A stretch of 64,000 nucleotides of DNA, from the NCBI RefSeq assembly GCF_009914755.1, contig NC_060948.1. One strand, written 5' to 3'. Shown here piece after piece: positions 27,360-40,524 of this stretch; position 1 is the stretch's first letter, and each line of letters begins with the position of its first letter. Under the pieces are notes generated by a model, which had not been told where the DNA came from, ran no database searches, and saw only the letters and a program-made list of their open reading frames with translations. The stretch is from the human T2T-CHM13v2.0 reference genome, Homo sapiens. The translations under genes were made by a program, and so were the position numbers.

Positions 27360-27653
27360 TTTTTTGAGACAAGGTCTAGCTCTGCTGCCCAGGCTGGAGT
27401 GGAGTGGCGTGAATATGGTTCAGTGAAACCTCCACCTCCCTGACTCAAGTGATCCTCCTTCCTCAGTCTCTCGAGTAGCTAGGACCACAGGCACGCCACC
27501 ACCATGGCCAGCTAATTTCTTTTTGATTTTTTTAGAGATGAGGTCTCACTTTGTTGTCCACGCTGGTCTCAAACTCCTGGGCTCAAAGGATCCTCTTGCC
27601 ATGGCCTCCAACAGTGCTGGGATTTATAGGTGTGTGCCATGGCACCAGGCCTA
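27360..27653 (-). mobile_element. AluJ
   Basis: caaactcctgggctcaaaggatcctc. Confidence 0.85.
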
Positions 27654-27892
27654 AGCAACTGTAGAGAAGCCTTTTTTTCTTTCATAAAAGCAGTTGTAGA
27701 TATTTTCCTTATGGAATTTATTTGTGGTGAAATATTTTAATAGACAGTTTAATTTGTTAAATAACTTGTCTCAGATAATAATAATTTATTAATATTAAAA
27801 CTACAAAATAAGTCGGGTCTTCTTTTTCTATGAAAACTGAAAGTTGATTCTGACATTTATGTAAACATTTTAAATATTCAAAGTATATAAAT

Positions 27893-30135
27893 GTGAAGTC
27901 CTATCAAGAGTAATTAGACAAGAGAAAGAAATAAAGAGCATTCAAATCGGAAAGGAGGACATCAAATTGTTCATATTTGCAGATGACATGATCTTATATA
28001 TAGGAAAACCTGAAGACTCTACCAGAAAACTTTTAGAACAAACAAATTCAGTGACGTTGCAAGACACAAAACTAATACACAAAGATTGGTTGCATTTATA
28101 TGTATGAACAACAAACTCGCTGAAAAAGAAATTAAGAAGGCAAACCCATTTACAATAGTTACCAAAAGAAAACCCAGACATAAATGTAACCAAGGAGGTA
28201 AAATGAAAACTACAAAACACTAATGAAAGAAATTGAAGAGGATACAAACAAATGAAAAGACATTCACACTCATGGATCAGAAATATGAATGTTGTTAAAG
28301 TGACAGTACTACTCAAAAGCAACCTGCAGATTCAATGCAATCTCTATCAAAATACCTATGAACATTCTTCACAAAATTAAAAAAAAAATCCAAAGAGATT
28401 TTATGGAATCAAAAAATATCCTGAAGAGCCAAAGCCACCCTAAGCAAAAAAAAACAAAGCTGGATGTATCATGCTACCAGACCTCAGAATATACTACAAA
28501 ACTGTAGTAACCAAAACATCATGGTATTGGCATAAAAACAGACACATAGACCTATGGAATAGAATAAAGAACCCAGAAAATCCACATATCTCAGCCAACG
28601 GATTTTTTACAAAGATGCCAAAACACTCATTGGGGAAAGGATAGTCTCTTCAATAAATGGTGCTGGGAAAACTGGATATCCATATGCAGAAGAATGAAAC
28701 TAAACCTCTGCCTCTCACCCTATACAAAAGTCAACTCAAAGTATCTCAAATACCCAAATATAAGACCCAAAATGGTAAAGCTACTAGAAGAAAACATAGG
28801 GGAGATCCTTCAGGACATTGCTCTGGGAAAATATTTTATGAATAAGGCATCAAAAGCACAGACAACAAAAGAAAAAATAAACAAATGAGATCACATCAAG
28901 GTAAAAATCTTCTGCACAGCAAAGGAAATAATAAAGTGAGTGAAAAGACAACCTACAGAATGGGAGAAAATATAAACTCATCTGGCAGGAAATTAATAAC
29001 AAGAATATACAAGGAATTCAAACATATCAACAGCAAAGAAGCACAACAATCTAATTAAATATAAACAAATGCTCTGAACAGACATTTCTCAAAAGAAGAC
29101 ATACAAATGACCAACAAATATATGAAAAAAATGTTCAACACCACTAATCAGCAAGGAAATGTTAATCAAAGCCACAGTGAGGCATCATCTTACTCCACTT
29201 AGGATGGCTATTACAGAAGAGACAAAAATAACAAATGCTGACAAAGACGTGAAGAAAAGGGACTTTTTTTTGACAGAATCTCACTCTCCGTCCAGGCTAG
29301 AGTGCAGTGGTGGTGTAATCTGGCTCCCTCTGCCTCTAGGGTTCAAATAGTTCTCCTCCCTCAGCCTCCTGAGTAGCTGGAGAAAAAGGAACTCTTACGT
29401 ACTGTTGGTAGGAATGTAAATTAGTGCAGCCAGTATGGAGAACAATATTGAAACACCTCAAGAAATCCCACTACTGGGAATTTATCCAAAGGAAAGAAAA
29501 GCATTATATTGCAGAGACATCTGCATCCCCATGTTTATTGCAACAGTGTTCACAATAGCCAAGATATGGAATCAACCTAGGTTTCCAACAACAGATGAAT
29601 GGATTTTTTAACTATGGTATATATATATCAAGAAATGCTATTTAGCCATAAAAAAGAATAAATAAAATCCTGTCATTCTCAGCAACATGGATGGAACTGG
29701 AGGATATTATGTTAAGCAAAATAAGCCAGGAATAGAAATTTCAACACCACATGTTCTCACTCACGCAGAAGCTAAAAAAAAGTTGATCTCATAGAAGTAA
29801 AAAGTAGAACAGACGATACTGCAGGCTGAAAAGGGTAGGGAGAAAGGAGGAATAGTAAGAGATTTGTTAATGGATACAAAATTACAGCTAGGTAGGAGTA
29901 ATAAGTTCTAGTGTTCTATAGTACTGTAGATGACTATAGTTAACATACTATATTATGTAGTTTAAAATACCTAGGAGTAGTTTAAATGTTCCCAACACAA
30001 AGAAATAATAAATGTTTGAGATGATAGATATGCTAATTACCCTGATCTGATCACCATCTACATGTACTGAAACATCCCCGTATAGCCATGAATATGTATA
30101 ATCTTTGTCAATTTAAAAAGTAAAAAAAAAAAAAA
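27893..30135 (+). mobile_element. L1MA-type element: deleted ORF2 (RT C-terminal part onward) and 3' UTR; Alu fragment at 29263-29380
   Basis: tttgcagatgacatgatcttatat (FADDMI motif), ataaatggtgctgggaaaactggata, 3' UTR ending ttaccctgatctgatca...poly-A. Confidence 0.88.
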
Positions 30136-30250
30136 TAATCTTGGAGAATTCATTTGAAGGACTTATACTCAAGAAATCAACTTAAGTACCTGAGTCTCCT
30201 TGGGATTTGTGTTTTCTAGACCAGTACTTCTCCAAATTAAAGCAAATTTA

Positions 30251-30545
30251 GGCTGGGCATTGTGGCCCATGTCTATAATCTCAGCACTTTGGAATGCCGA
30301 GGCGGGCAGATCACTTGAGGTCAGGAGTTCGAGACCAGCTGACCCAACATTGTGAAACCCTTTCTCTACTAAAAATACAAAAATTAGCCGGGGATGATGG
30401 CATGTGCCTGTAATCCCAGTTACTTTGGAGGCCGAGGCAAGATAATCGCTTGAACTGGAGAGGTGGATGTTGCAGTGAGCCGAGATTGCACCACTGCGCT
30501 CCAGCCTGGGCAACAGAGCAAGACTCTGTCTCAAAAAAAATAAAA
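30251..30545 (+). mobile_element. AluSx-type element
   Basis: Full length; TSD aaagcaaattta / aaagcgaattta. Confidence 0.9.
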
Positions 30546-30929
30546 AGCGAATTTAGTTCACTTTGGTATTGTGTCAAAATGTTGATTCTTTTAAAGTAAA
30601 TCTAAAGAATTGAGATGTAGTTGAAGCTTGTCATCTGTTCTTAATTTTTTTTAATAAAAATATAATATTTAGACTCAGAATAAATCTAAAGTGAGACCTG
30701 AAGCTGCTCCCAGGTGATACTGATGCTGCTTATTTTTCCCCAGATTTTGAGTCACAAGGTTCTAAATTATTGGTTTGAAGTCCTACATGAGTAATCACTT
30801 GGGAAGCTCAATGAACACCCAGCAATAGACTATTAATAAACCAGAATCTTCAGTATTAGGCTTCAATCATTGGCAATTTTTTTTTTTGACACACAGTCTC
30901 CCACTGTCTCCCAGGCTGAAGTCCTGAGG

Positions 30930-32000
30930 CCAGAATGAGACTAGGACATGGTTCCTTTGCCTAAGTAAAGTGAGGCAGACAATGGAATACTTCAGACTTC
31001 AAATTAGTATGGTAAGTGCTATGAAAAGTATGATTAAAGTTCATTATTTACCCAGAAAAGTGTCACTCAGCGCAGCCTGGGAGTTAGAGAAGGTTTCCTG
31101 AAGTCTTGACATGTGAGTCATGAAAGGACATAAGGAGTTAACCCCGTGAGAAAATAAGCTAAGAGAATTCTCAACAAAAGACAAAATATTGGCAAAGTCT
31201 TTTAGGCATATACTAGCTTAGTATTATTGGGAGAATGTAATGATTTTCTCTATTTCAAAAGTGTAAAATACAAAGTGGGCCATGATATGAGATAAACCAG
31301 TAAATATGTTCTGGGAACAGATCATAGAAGGGAGTGTATGTTGTCCTAAGGAGCTTAAACTTCAGCTTCAGTTCATGGGACCCAGTGACAAGATCTGAGC
31401 AGGGGAAGGATGTGGCTAGAGGGGCATTTTAGACAGACAAGATCCTCTGTGGATTACACCTAGGCTAAGCAACTGGTTAAAGTTGTTATCTTAAGACAAT
31501 AGTCCAGGTAAAAATAATAAAGTTTTAAATTAGGATGTTAGTAAGAATGAGGAAGAGGGATGGATTTCAGAAATAGTAAGGAAATGTATTAGCAGGACTT
31601 GATTAGTGATTGACTTGGGGAAGGAGGGAAAGATAGAGTTCAGGATGACTCCGAGACTGTCTGGTGTAAGTGGCTAATGACTGAAGCTATTAATAGAGGT
31701 AGGAAATGCAGACCAAAAGCAGGCCCGGGGTGAGAGATGATAAATTTGCATTTTGACATGTTGAGTTTTCACATCCAGGATGAAATAACCACAAGACATT
31801 TAAATATAAGAATCTGAAAAGGTAAGCATCATAAGCATATTAGCTATTGGTAAAATGCTGATACTTAATGAAGTCTCGCAGGGAGGCAGTACAGAGGCAA
31901 GCAATGGGCTGGGGATAAAACATAGGGAAATATTATTTAAATAAAGATGAAAGAAAAGGAGCCCACAAAGGAAGATGAAAAGGCATAGTCAAAAAAGAGG
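30930..32000 (-). mobile_element. Degenerate L2 fragments
   Basis: L2-like purine-rich phrases (ggtaagtgctatgaaa, caggatgactcc, ttttgacatgttgagttt); strand assignment uncertain. Confidence 0.5.
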
Positions 32001-32278
32001 CTTGCCAAAGTGCCACCTTTGAAGCTCTGCTGTTACACTTTATAAGGAAACTTTTGGTTACCTGGGATTGCATGCATTTATAAAAGTTTCTATTATTAGG
32101 AAGACAATAATAATGATAAGGCTCTTTCTCATTTTTGTCAGTGTAATTTATCTATTTAATTGTAGAACCGAGTTCCAGGATGCTTAATCTGAAGTATACA
32201 CTTGGGGCAAAATGAATTATATCTTAATAATAATCTGGAATTTTTCTCTCTAACTTGACATATTTTAATTCTTGCTAG

Positions 32279-32380
32279 ATTTTCAAAACGTCATACCTCG
32301 AACCACCACCAGATGGCTATGAGAATGTTACAAACATTGTGCCACCATATAATGCTTTCTCAGCCCGAGGCATGCCAGAG
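32279..32380 (+). pseudogene. Isolated NAALAD2-type exon (glutamate carboxypeptidase II/III family, equivalent to exon 4)
   Basis: ctag|ATT...GAG|gtaaaa; 102 bp, phase 0, [34 protein letters not shown]; matches my recollection of NAALAD2 (not FOLH1) except Q>R; neighbouring exons absent. Confidence 0.88.
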
Positions 32381-32689
32381 GTAAAATAAAATACATTTGT
32401 AACCCAAGTCTTTAAATGGTTCTTTTGCTATATAAAACCTGTATAGAGGACTAAAACCAAGAAAATAAGGTGAATCATTCATGCGGATTCATTGTTTGAT
32501 ATTCAGTACTATGACAACCTCATCCCTCAAATTTAAAAAAGTATAATAAAATAGAAAAGAACACGAGAGAGACAAAAAAGAAACAAAACAAATACATTAA
32601 AAACTGACCCTGCTGAAGCAGATGCCACTCTTTGAAATAACAAAGAAGCTACTGAACACGCCTTTAATTCAGTGGGGCAGTAGGTGTTT

Positions 32690-33007
<318 letters not shown>

Positions 33008-33009
33008 TT

Positions 33010-33536
33010 AAAAAGGTAAACTTTCTATTTGCCCTCTAAAGGTTTGCAGAAAGTGAATGGACAAAACATAAATTAATAGAAGAAAGAGGCAAAAAAAAAA
33101 TTCTGTATAATGTAGCGGAAAAATCACAGGGTCTCACTCAGTTACCCAGCATGAAGTGCAGTGGTGTGATCATGGCTCATTGCAACCTTGAATTCTCAGG
33201 CACAAGTGATTCTCCCCCCTAAGCCTGTGGAGTAGCTGGGATCACAGGGGCATGCCACCATGCCCACATACATGGGTGTTTGCTGGAGAGGAGATGGAGA
33301 CTCTCTGTCCTGGATGTGAGACAGGTGGCTGGCATCTGGGTAAGGATGACATTCCCTCATTGCTAAAGACTAAAAGAGGAAAGTGTCATGGATAGTGCAA
33401 GCAGGGACATGCCCTGACCTAGTGAGGTCCAGAGGCTTATATTGGCCTTCATAGGGGAGTGGGAAGAAGCGAGAATAGGCAACCTAGGGGAAATAAATGA
33501 CCTAAAATCAAAGAAATAGATCATCAGAAGTGTAGA
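33010..33536 (-). mobile_element. MER34/39-like LTR fragment with an Alu fragment (33128-33270)
   Basis: tttgccctctaaaggtttgcaga is the reverse complement of the MER34-type terminus. Confidence 0.45.
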
Positions 33537-34017
33537 TGTATTAGTCAGGGTTCTCTAGAGTGACAGAATTAAAGGACTATATACATATATATATATATAT
33601 ATATGAAGGGGAGTGAGATGGTTAATAATGAGTGTCAACTTGATAGGATTGAGGGATATGAAGTTTTGATCCAGGGTGTGTCTGTGAGAGTGTTGCCGAA
33701 AGAGATTAACATTTGAGTCAGCGGGCTGAGCAAGGCAGACCCACCCTTAATCTGGTGGGCACAATCTAATCTGCTGCCAGCAAATATAAAGCAGGCAGAA
33801 AAATTTGAAAAGGAGAGACTGGCCTATCCTCCCAGCCTACATCTTTCTCCCATGCTGATTTCTTCCTGCCCTCAAACATTGGACTCAATGGCTCTCCTTT
33901 CTCATCAGTTTGCAGACAGTCCATTGTGTAACTTATGATCTTGTAAGTTAATAAACTCCCCTTTATAAATAAATACATATATGTGTGTTTGCATATATAT
34001 ATGTATGTGTGTGTGTA

Positions 34018-34048
<31 letters not shown>

Positions 34049-37000
34049 GCATATATCCTGTTCTGTCCCTCTAGATGTAACTGGCTAATACAGGAAGTTT
34101 ATTAAGTATTAACTCACACAATCACCAAGTCTCACAATAGGCCATCTGCTGGATGAGGAGCAAAAAGAGCCAGCCAGAGTTCCAAAACTGAAGAACTTGG
34201 AGTCCATGTTCGAGGGCAAGAAGCATCCAGCATAGGAGAAAGATGTAGGCTGGGAGGTGAGGCCCGTCTCTTTTCACGTTTTTCTGTCTGCTTATAGTAT
34301 GGCTGGGTTGGCAGCTGATTGGATTGTGCCCACATAGATTAAGGGTGGGTCTGCCTTTCCCAGCCCACTGACTCACATATTAATCTTTTTTTGGCAACAC
34401 CCTCACAGACACACCCAGGATGAATACTTTACATCCTTCAATCCAGTCAAGTTGACACTCATTATTAACCATCACAATCCCACCCCTTGTGAAATTCAAC
34501 CCACACACATCTCCTGAGATCATACATAATCTTAAAATACAGACAATAGTAAGGTCATAATTACACCTAACATAATAAACTATCCTTCCTACAGTTGGAA
34601 ATGCACCAATCCCCAACCTAAATACTATTACATAAAGCAAACAATACTTAAATGCTGATATGAGGTCAGTAAATCTATGTCACCTGATAAAGAAAAGGGA
34701 AATGAAATGAAGATATTTTCTTAGTACAAGGGCATACATGCACAAACATGTTTTTAACAAAAGAAGAAGGAAATACTCATGATAGTTCCAGTCCTCATTT
34801 CTGCAGCTGGTCAGGTGGTCGTAGCTGGTATTCATAACTACTTTCTTCCACTATCCATTCTGTATTCCCTTTGCCTTCAACAAGCACCTCAGCAGGTCGT
34901 GGCCCGGAGAGGATCTGGACCATTTGTATTCCTACCTGGATTGGGTATAATTTCCCATTTACCTTAATCAGAGTGCATGATAATACCAGGAGACGCCCTA
35001 ATGGATCTCCTATATTCCATGCATACTCTTCCTCACTTCCATTGTGGAGTAGCGGACTGACTTCATCTTGATAGTCTGGGTCAATTACTGCTGCCAACAT
35101 TGTAACTCCATTCTTAGCTTGTTGACTTAAAGGTAGGAGTACCCCAAAGCTTTTAAGTGGCCATGTTAACTTCCAGTTTAATACAATCCTTATTGTGTCT
35201 CCTGGTAGCAGCGTTCTTCCCTCTGGAGCTAAGAAGACTAATAAAGCAGAACCTAATGTTGTGGGAACAGAAAGCAAACATTTTGCTAGTGCATCATAGT
35301 GAGTGGTTCCACTTTCATATCCACCCCTTGAATCCTGGATCTGTGAATCCTGGTTATCAGAGAAACAATACCATACATTGGGCGCTGATTCAGAGCACAC
35401 ATGCTCTTCTGGAGTATGGTGCCCCAGCCCAGCAAAGTATTGTAACCTAGTTGACGTTGTAATCGCGACCTCAAAAGGCCGTCCCACCATTCTATAAATC
35501 CAGCTGCTTCAGGAAGATGGGGAATATGGTAAGACCAGTGAATTCCGTGAGCATGAGCCCACTGCCTCACTTCTTTACCTGTAAAGTGAGTGCTTGGTCA
35601 GAAGTAATGCTGTGTGGAATACCGTGATAGTGGATAAGGCATTCCTTGAGTCCATAAATTGTAGTCTTGGCAGAAGCATTGCATGCAGATAGGCAAACCC
35701 ATATCCTGAGTAAGTTCCTGTTCCAATGAGGACAAACCTCTCTCCTTTCCATGGTGGAAGACGTCCAATATAATCAACCTGCCACCGGGTAGCTCGTCGA
35801 TCACCCCAGGGAATGATGCCATACAAAGGGTTCACTGCTAGTCTCTGTTGTTGCTGGCAAATTGGGCACTCAGCAGTGGCCACAGATAGTTCGGCCTTGG
35901 TGAGTGGAAGTCCACATTGCTGAATCCATGCATAGCCTCCATCCCTGCCACCATGGCCACTATGTTCATGGGTTTATTGGACAATGACAGGGGTGTCTGA
36001 GGAAAGAGGCTGAGTGGTATCCACAGAACGGGTCATCTTATCCACTTGATTATCAAAATCCTCCTCTGCTGAAGTCACTTGTTGGTCAACACTCACACAG
36101 GGTACAAATATCTTCAGTTTTTGACCACTCAGAGATGTCCATCTACATACTCTTTTTCCAATTTTCTTTGTCACCAATTTTCCAATCATGCTTCTTCCAA
36201 GTCCCTGACCATCCAGCCAAACCATTGGCTACAGCCCATGAATCAGTATATAACCGCATATCTGGAAATTTCTCCTTCCATGCAAAGTGCACAATCAGGT
36301 GCACTGCTGAATGTTCTGCCCACTGGGAAGATTGTCCTTCACCACTGTCCTTCAGGGATGTCCTAGAAAGGGGCTGTAGTGCTTCAGCTGTCCACTTTTG
36401 GGCAGTACCTGCCTATTGTGGAGAACCATCTCTGAGCCAGGCCCTAGTCCTCCCTTCCTGTGTCAACTGCTCAAAGGCAAGTCCCCATGAGGTCATCAGT
36501 GCAGGCCGTGGGAGAGAAGGCAGGGTGGCAGGAGTAGAGACCATGGGCAATTGAGCCACTTCCTCATGTAACTTTCTTGTGCCCCCAGGACCTGCTTCAG
36601 CCCAACCACTTAAACATCATTTCCATTTGATGATTGAGTGCTGTTGTGCATGACCCACTTTATGGCTACATGAGTCAGAAAGCACCCAGTTCATGATAGG
36701 AAGTTCAGGTCGCATGGTGACTTGTTGACTCATAGTCAAATGTTCAGTTTCCCCAAAAGCCCAGTATAGGACAAGAGCTGTCTCTCAAAAGGAGAGTAGT
36801 TAACTGGAGAAGATGACAGGGCCTTGTTGCAAAATGAGGCCTCCACCATGATTCACCTATGGAGGCCTGCCAAAGCCTCAAAGCAGCATTCCTATCTGCC
36901 ATGGACACCTCGGGGGGACCCAGCCTCCCCTTCATTCAAGGGGTTCTGGGTCTGTAAACTGTCTCAAGGCTGGAAATTGATTGAGGGGCCATGAATCTCT

Positions 37001-38132
37001 GTTTTTATAGTTCCAATTAGTCTTTTATGTGTTTGACCTTAAGTTTCCTCCTTACATAAATTAAGTGGGAATACATTAGTCTTCCTGTCAGTTTCACTTC
37101 TAGGAACACTGTGATTAGTTAGCCAATGCCAGAGCTCTACATGAGTCAGACTGTTCAGATTGCTGCTTTGTCTTTTCTGCCCATTACAGTAGCTACGCCC
37201 ACCGTGCCTTTGAGGGTTGAGTGCTACCACTTGGCCCCTGCCACTTCAGGATCCAATTATTCCAAATTGTATTTAACTTCTGTAACTGAGTGACTGCAGT
37301 TCTCACCATTAGATCTGACATACAGAGAAGAGCCTTTACAGGGCTCTTCAAAGATGCAGGTGCTGTCCTCACAAATCTATTTTGCAAGGTGTTTGTCAAA
37401 GGTAATAGGTACAGAGTCACTAAACTCCTTGCCTCTCACGAGCGATGATTCATTAGGGTCAAATGAATTTGTTTTGCATAGCTCTTTAAACCTTTCATGC
37501 CAAGAACTGTCAATGTTCTCTACACTATTAAAAGTAGAGTCCTTAGCATTTTGGGATCTAGTCATATTTAGCAGCCAAATCCAGAAACCCCAAAACCAAC
37601 AAAAGAACTCCAACCTTAATATTCTGTTCCTGCAGAACTATTCCTGGTACTAAAATCTGTATTAGTGAGGGTTCTCTAGAGGGACAGAACTAATAAGTTC
37701 TATATATATATATTATATACCATATATATAATATATAATATATGTATTATATATATTACATATTAACTTACAGTTCACAAGGTCCCACAGTAGACTGTCT
37801 GCAGGCATGAGGAGTGAGGAGTAAGGAGAGCCAGCTCGAGTCTCAAAACTAAAGAACTTGGAGTCCGATGTTCAAGGGTAGGAAGCATCCAGCACGGGAG
37901 AGAGATGTAGGCTGGGAGGCTGGGCCAGACTCACTTTTTCACTTTTTTCTGCCTGCTTTATATTCACTGGCAGCTGATTAAGTGGTGCCCATAGATTAAG
38001 TAGGGGGTCTGCCTTCCCCAGACTACGGACTCAAATATTAATCTCCTTTGGAAACACCCTCACAGACACACCCAGGAGCAATGCTTACATCCTTCAATGT
38101 AGTCAAGTTGACAGTCAGTATTAACTATCACA
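33537..38132 (-). mobile_element. Internally deleted HERV-L provirus with MLT2A LTRs (3' LTR 33537-34476; internal 34477-37657; 5' LTR 37658-38132)
   Basis: TG...CA LTR ends; PBS-like gattttagtaccagg; gag N-terminus (ORF 37377-37613); integrase fragments (WQVDYIG, HGIHWSYHIPHLPEAAG); dUTPase in ORF 34795-35490 (VIDPDYQDE); frameshifted, RT region mostly missing. Confidence 0.92.
33614..34092 (+). mobile_element. Solo MLT2A LTR nested in opposite orientation inside the HERV-L 3' LTR
   Basis: tgagatggttaata...ctaataca flanked by 5-bp TSD gggag (33609-33613) / ggaag (34093-34097). Confidence 0.88.
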
Positions 38133-39082
38133 GGATTACAGACCTGAGCTGTCACACACAGTGTTATTGTATATTTCATACAATTTCCTGATTTTCCCAT
38201 TTTATCTGTGACTTAATAAAGTTTTTCAGCTATGACCCCAAACTGGTAATACTTGAAAGCACATTCAAATGTATTTTGCAACAATTCATAACTGGTGAAA
38301 CGTTAAGCCTTGTGGAAAGAGTCACCTTACTTCCCCATCAGCTGTCAATTCCCCATCATTACTATCACTTCTGGGAGCACATTTTCCAAAACTCCTTTTC
38401 TCTCTATGATTTCTTTAGAATAGCTCCATGAGGTTACAATAAATTACAACTAATTACTGTCATGAGATTGGGAAGTCAGAGTGGTGGATTCATGTACACT
38501 GACACCTGAAGTAAAACATATGCAGTTAGGTGTGGACTGGAGAATCACCTGGAGATGCGCTGCAGGCAGCTGAGAGCATCAGCACCCCCAGCCCTGGGAT
38601 TCCCAGACAGGACTGAGGATCATCACACGGTGTTCAGCACATACCACCAGGGGCAGGTGCACGTTGGCTTCTGAAGTAGCACCTGAGAATCCCCTGTGTC
38701 TAGTACCTGCTTCATGAATAACACTTCATAGGCTTCGGAAGGACTGTGGTTTAGACTTTAATTTATTCAGCTTGAATAATTTCTCCTTGAAATACTGAGA
38801 ATAGCTTCTCTTTTGCTGTACAAATTCCTATTATCCCATAACACAGACTCCTCAGCTGGACTTATCTCTCTTCTTTATTCAGTCAGGACAGGCATTGTCA
38901 CGTCTTTTCTGCTGGGGATGAGGGCGAAAGAGGCTTAGGGTTCAGAGGAACCTCCCTGGCCTCCTCTAGGAAAATCTCCCAATGACTTTCCAAACCTGAC
39001 TGAGTTTGAGAACTTCCCTCAGCAGATAGAGGCACCAGAAGGAGCATTGGGGCAGCTCAGCCTCACACATCTGCTTCCTTGG

Positions 39083-39110
39083 GGTTTATGTTATGACTTG
39101 TAACACTATG
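39083..39110 (-). promoter_or_regulatory. Defective 12-RSS of the IGKV orphon
   Basis: Heptamer CATAGTG (CAC>CAT), 12-bp spacer ttacaagtcata, nonamer ACATAAACC. Confidence 0.9.
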
Positions 39111-39587
39111 GGAGGGGTACTGTCACTCTGTTGACAGTAGTAAGTTGCAAAATCTTCAGGCTGCAGGCTGCTGATGGTGGGAGTGTAATCTGTCCCAGAT
39201 CCACTGTCACTGAACCGAGTGGGAATCCCACTTTGCAGACTGGATGCAGCATAGATCAGGAGCTTAGGAGTTTTCCCTGGTTTCTTCTGATACCAATTTA
39301 AATTATTGATAATGCCCTGACTCGCCCGGCAAGTGATGGTGACTCTGTCTCCTACAGATGCAGACAGGGAGGATGGAGACTGGGTCATCTGGATGTCACA
39401 TCTGGCACCTGAAGTTGGAAACATAAAAACAAATATTCTTGCAATTAATCATGTTATCAGAGGACTTCCCTGAAGTTCCAGACAGTACTGAGCACACTGA
39501 CCGAGTATAATCCTAGTGTTCTCCTTCCTTACCTGGCAGCCAGAACACCAGGAGCCCCAGGAGCTGAGTGGGGGCCCTCACATCCGT
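39111..39587 (-). pseudogene. IGKV1ORY-1: Immunoglobulin kappa variable subgroup 1 orphon (leader exon 39533-39587, 124-bp intron, V exon 39111-39408); symbol tentative, from memory of the peptide
   Basis: [95 protein letters not shown]; GT-AG intact; both leader ATGs lost (ACG, GTG); no J or C segments in the window. Confidence 0.9.
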
Positions 39588-39629
39588 GCTGTGTCCTGAC
39601 TGGGGCTGACTCCTGCACCGTGTGTGACC

Positions 39630-39715
39630 AGCCTATAAAAAGTCTTCAGGGCAGGAGGCTGTGCTCTAGGAACAGGCAAGTCAGCAGGGGATGGGGCAGG
39701 CTGAGCACAGCTGCA
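39630..39715 (-). promoter_or_regulatory. V-kappa promoter with intact pentadecamer and mutated octamer
   Basis: TGCAGCTGTGCTCAG at 39701-39715; octamer position reads AGGCAAGT on + (39674-39681) instead of ATGCAAAT; TATA-like at ~39633-39641. Confidence 0.75.
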
Positions 39716-40524
39716 GGGCTGGCTCATCTCAGTAACTCAGCACAGGGGGGCAGTATCCCCAGAGTCCCAGGTCAGACCAGGGCAGCACAGATTTACCTTG
39801 AAAGATCACACTTCTCATTGGTGGCCATATGGTTACAGAACATATTTTTGTAGTGAATTTTCAAATTTTAAATCAACCTAAGACTAGATTAAATAATATA
39901 TTTATACTTGTATTAGGAGTGTATAGGAAAGCATCATTTTTGGCAGAAAATTTACAATAATATTGTAGAATGTGGGGCTGTCAGAAATTTCAGTTAGTCT
40001 CAAAGGAATTTGATGAGTGTAAGAGTATTTAGTGCTATAATAAAAATGTCTCTGTCAGTGTGAAATTGCTTCTTTTATGAAATGAATATAAAAAGAATTT
40101 ATCAGAAGCGTCTTTAATAAATTCAATAGAATTTACTAACAAACTTAAGACATTGTTCCTAGGAGTAAAAGGAAAAACAATTCTCTGAAGATGCACAAAG
40201 ATGATAACTGTGTCACGCATAGATATGCCATTATCCAGAGCTATGGGTCTCTTTAAGACTCCGGGGCTAAATGGGCTGCACCTTATTCTTGGCGTGATGA
40301 TCCCCATATTCTATCCCCTTTCCTGCCTTTGGTATAATTTCTTATGGTTCTCCAGCATGGAGTGTTGACTAGTAATACCAAGTCTCATTATTTCAACTAA
40401 AATCTCTGTTTCACTCGCTGACTATAGAAGCCTGGATTAAAATCAACTTGAAGCCCTCTATCAATCTAGGCTCAAATAGTCAATTGTTTCAAAGTAGGAT
40501 GACAAAGGCCACATCCCCTGAGTA

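Noticed and set aside
34795-35490. 231-aa ORF as a domesticated dUTPase gene
   Set aside because: N-terminal part is out-of-frame integrase sequence; lies in a frameshifted, deleted HERV-L
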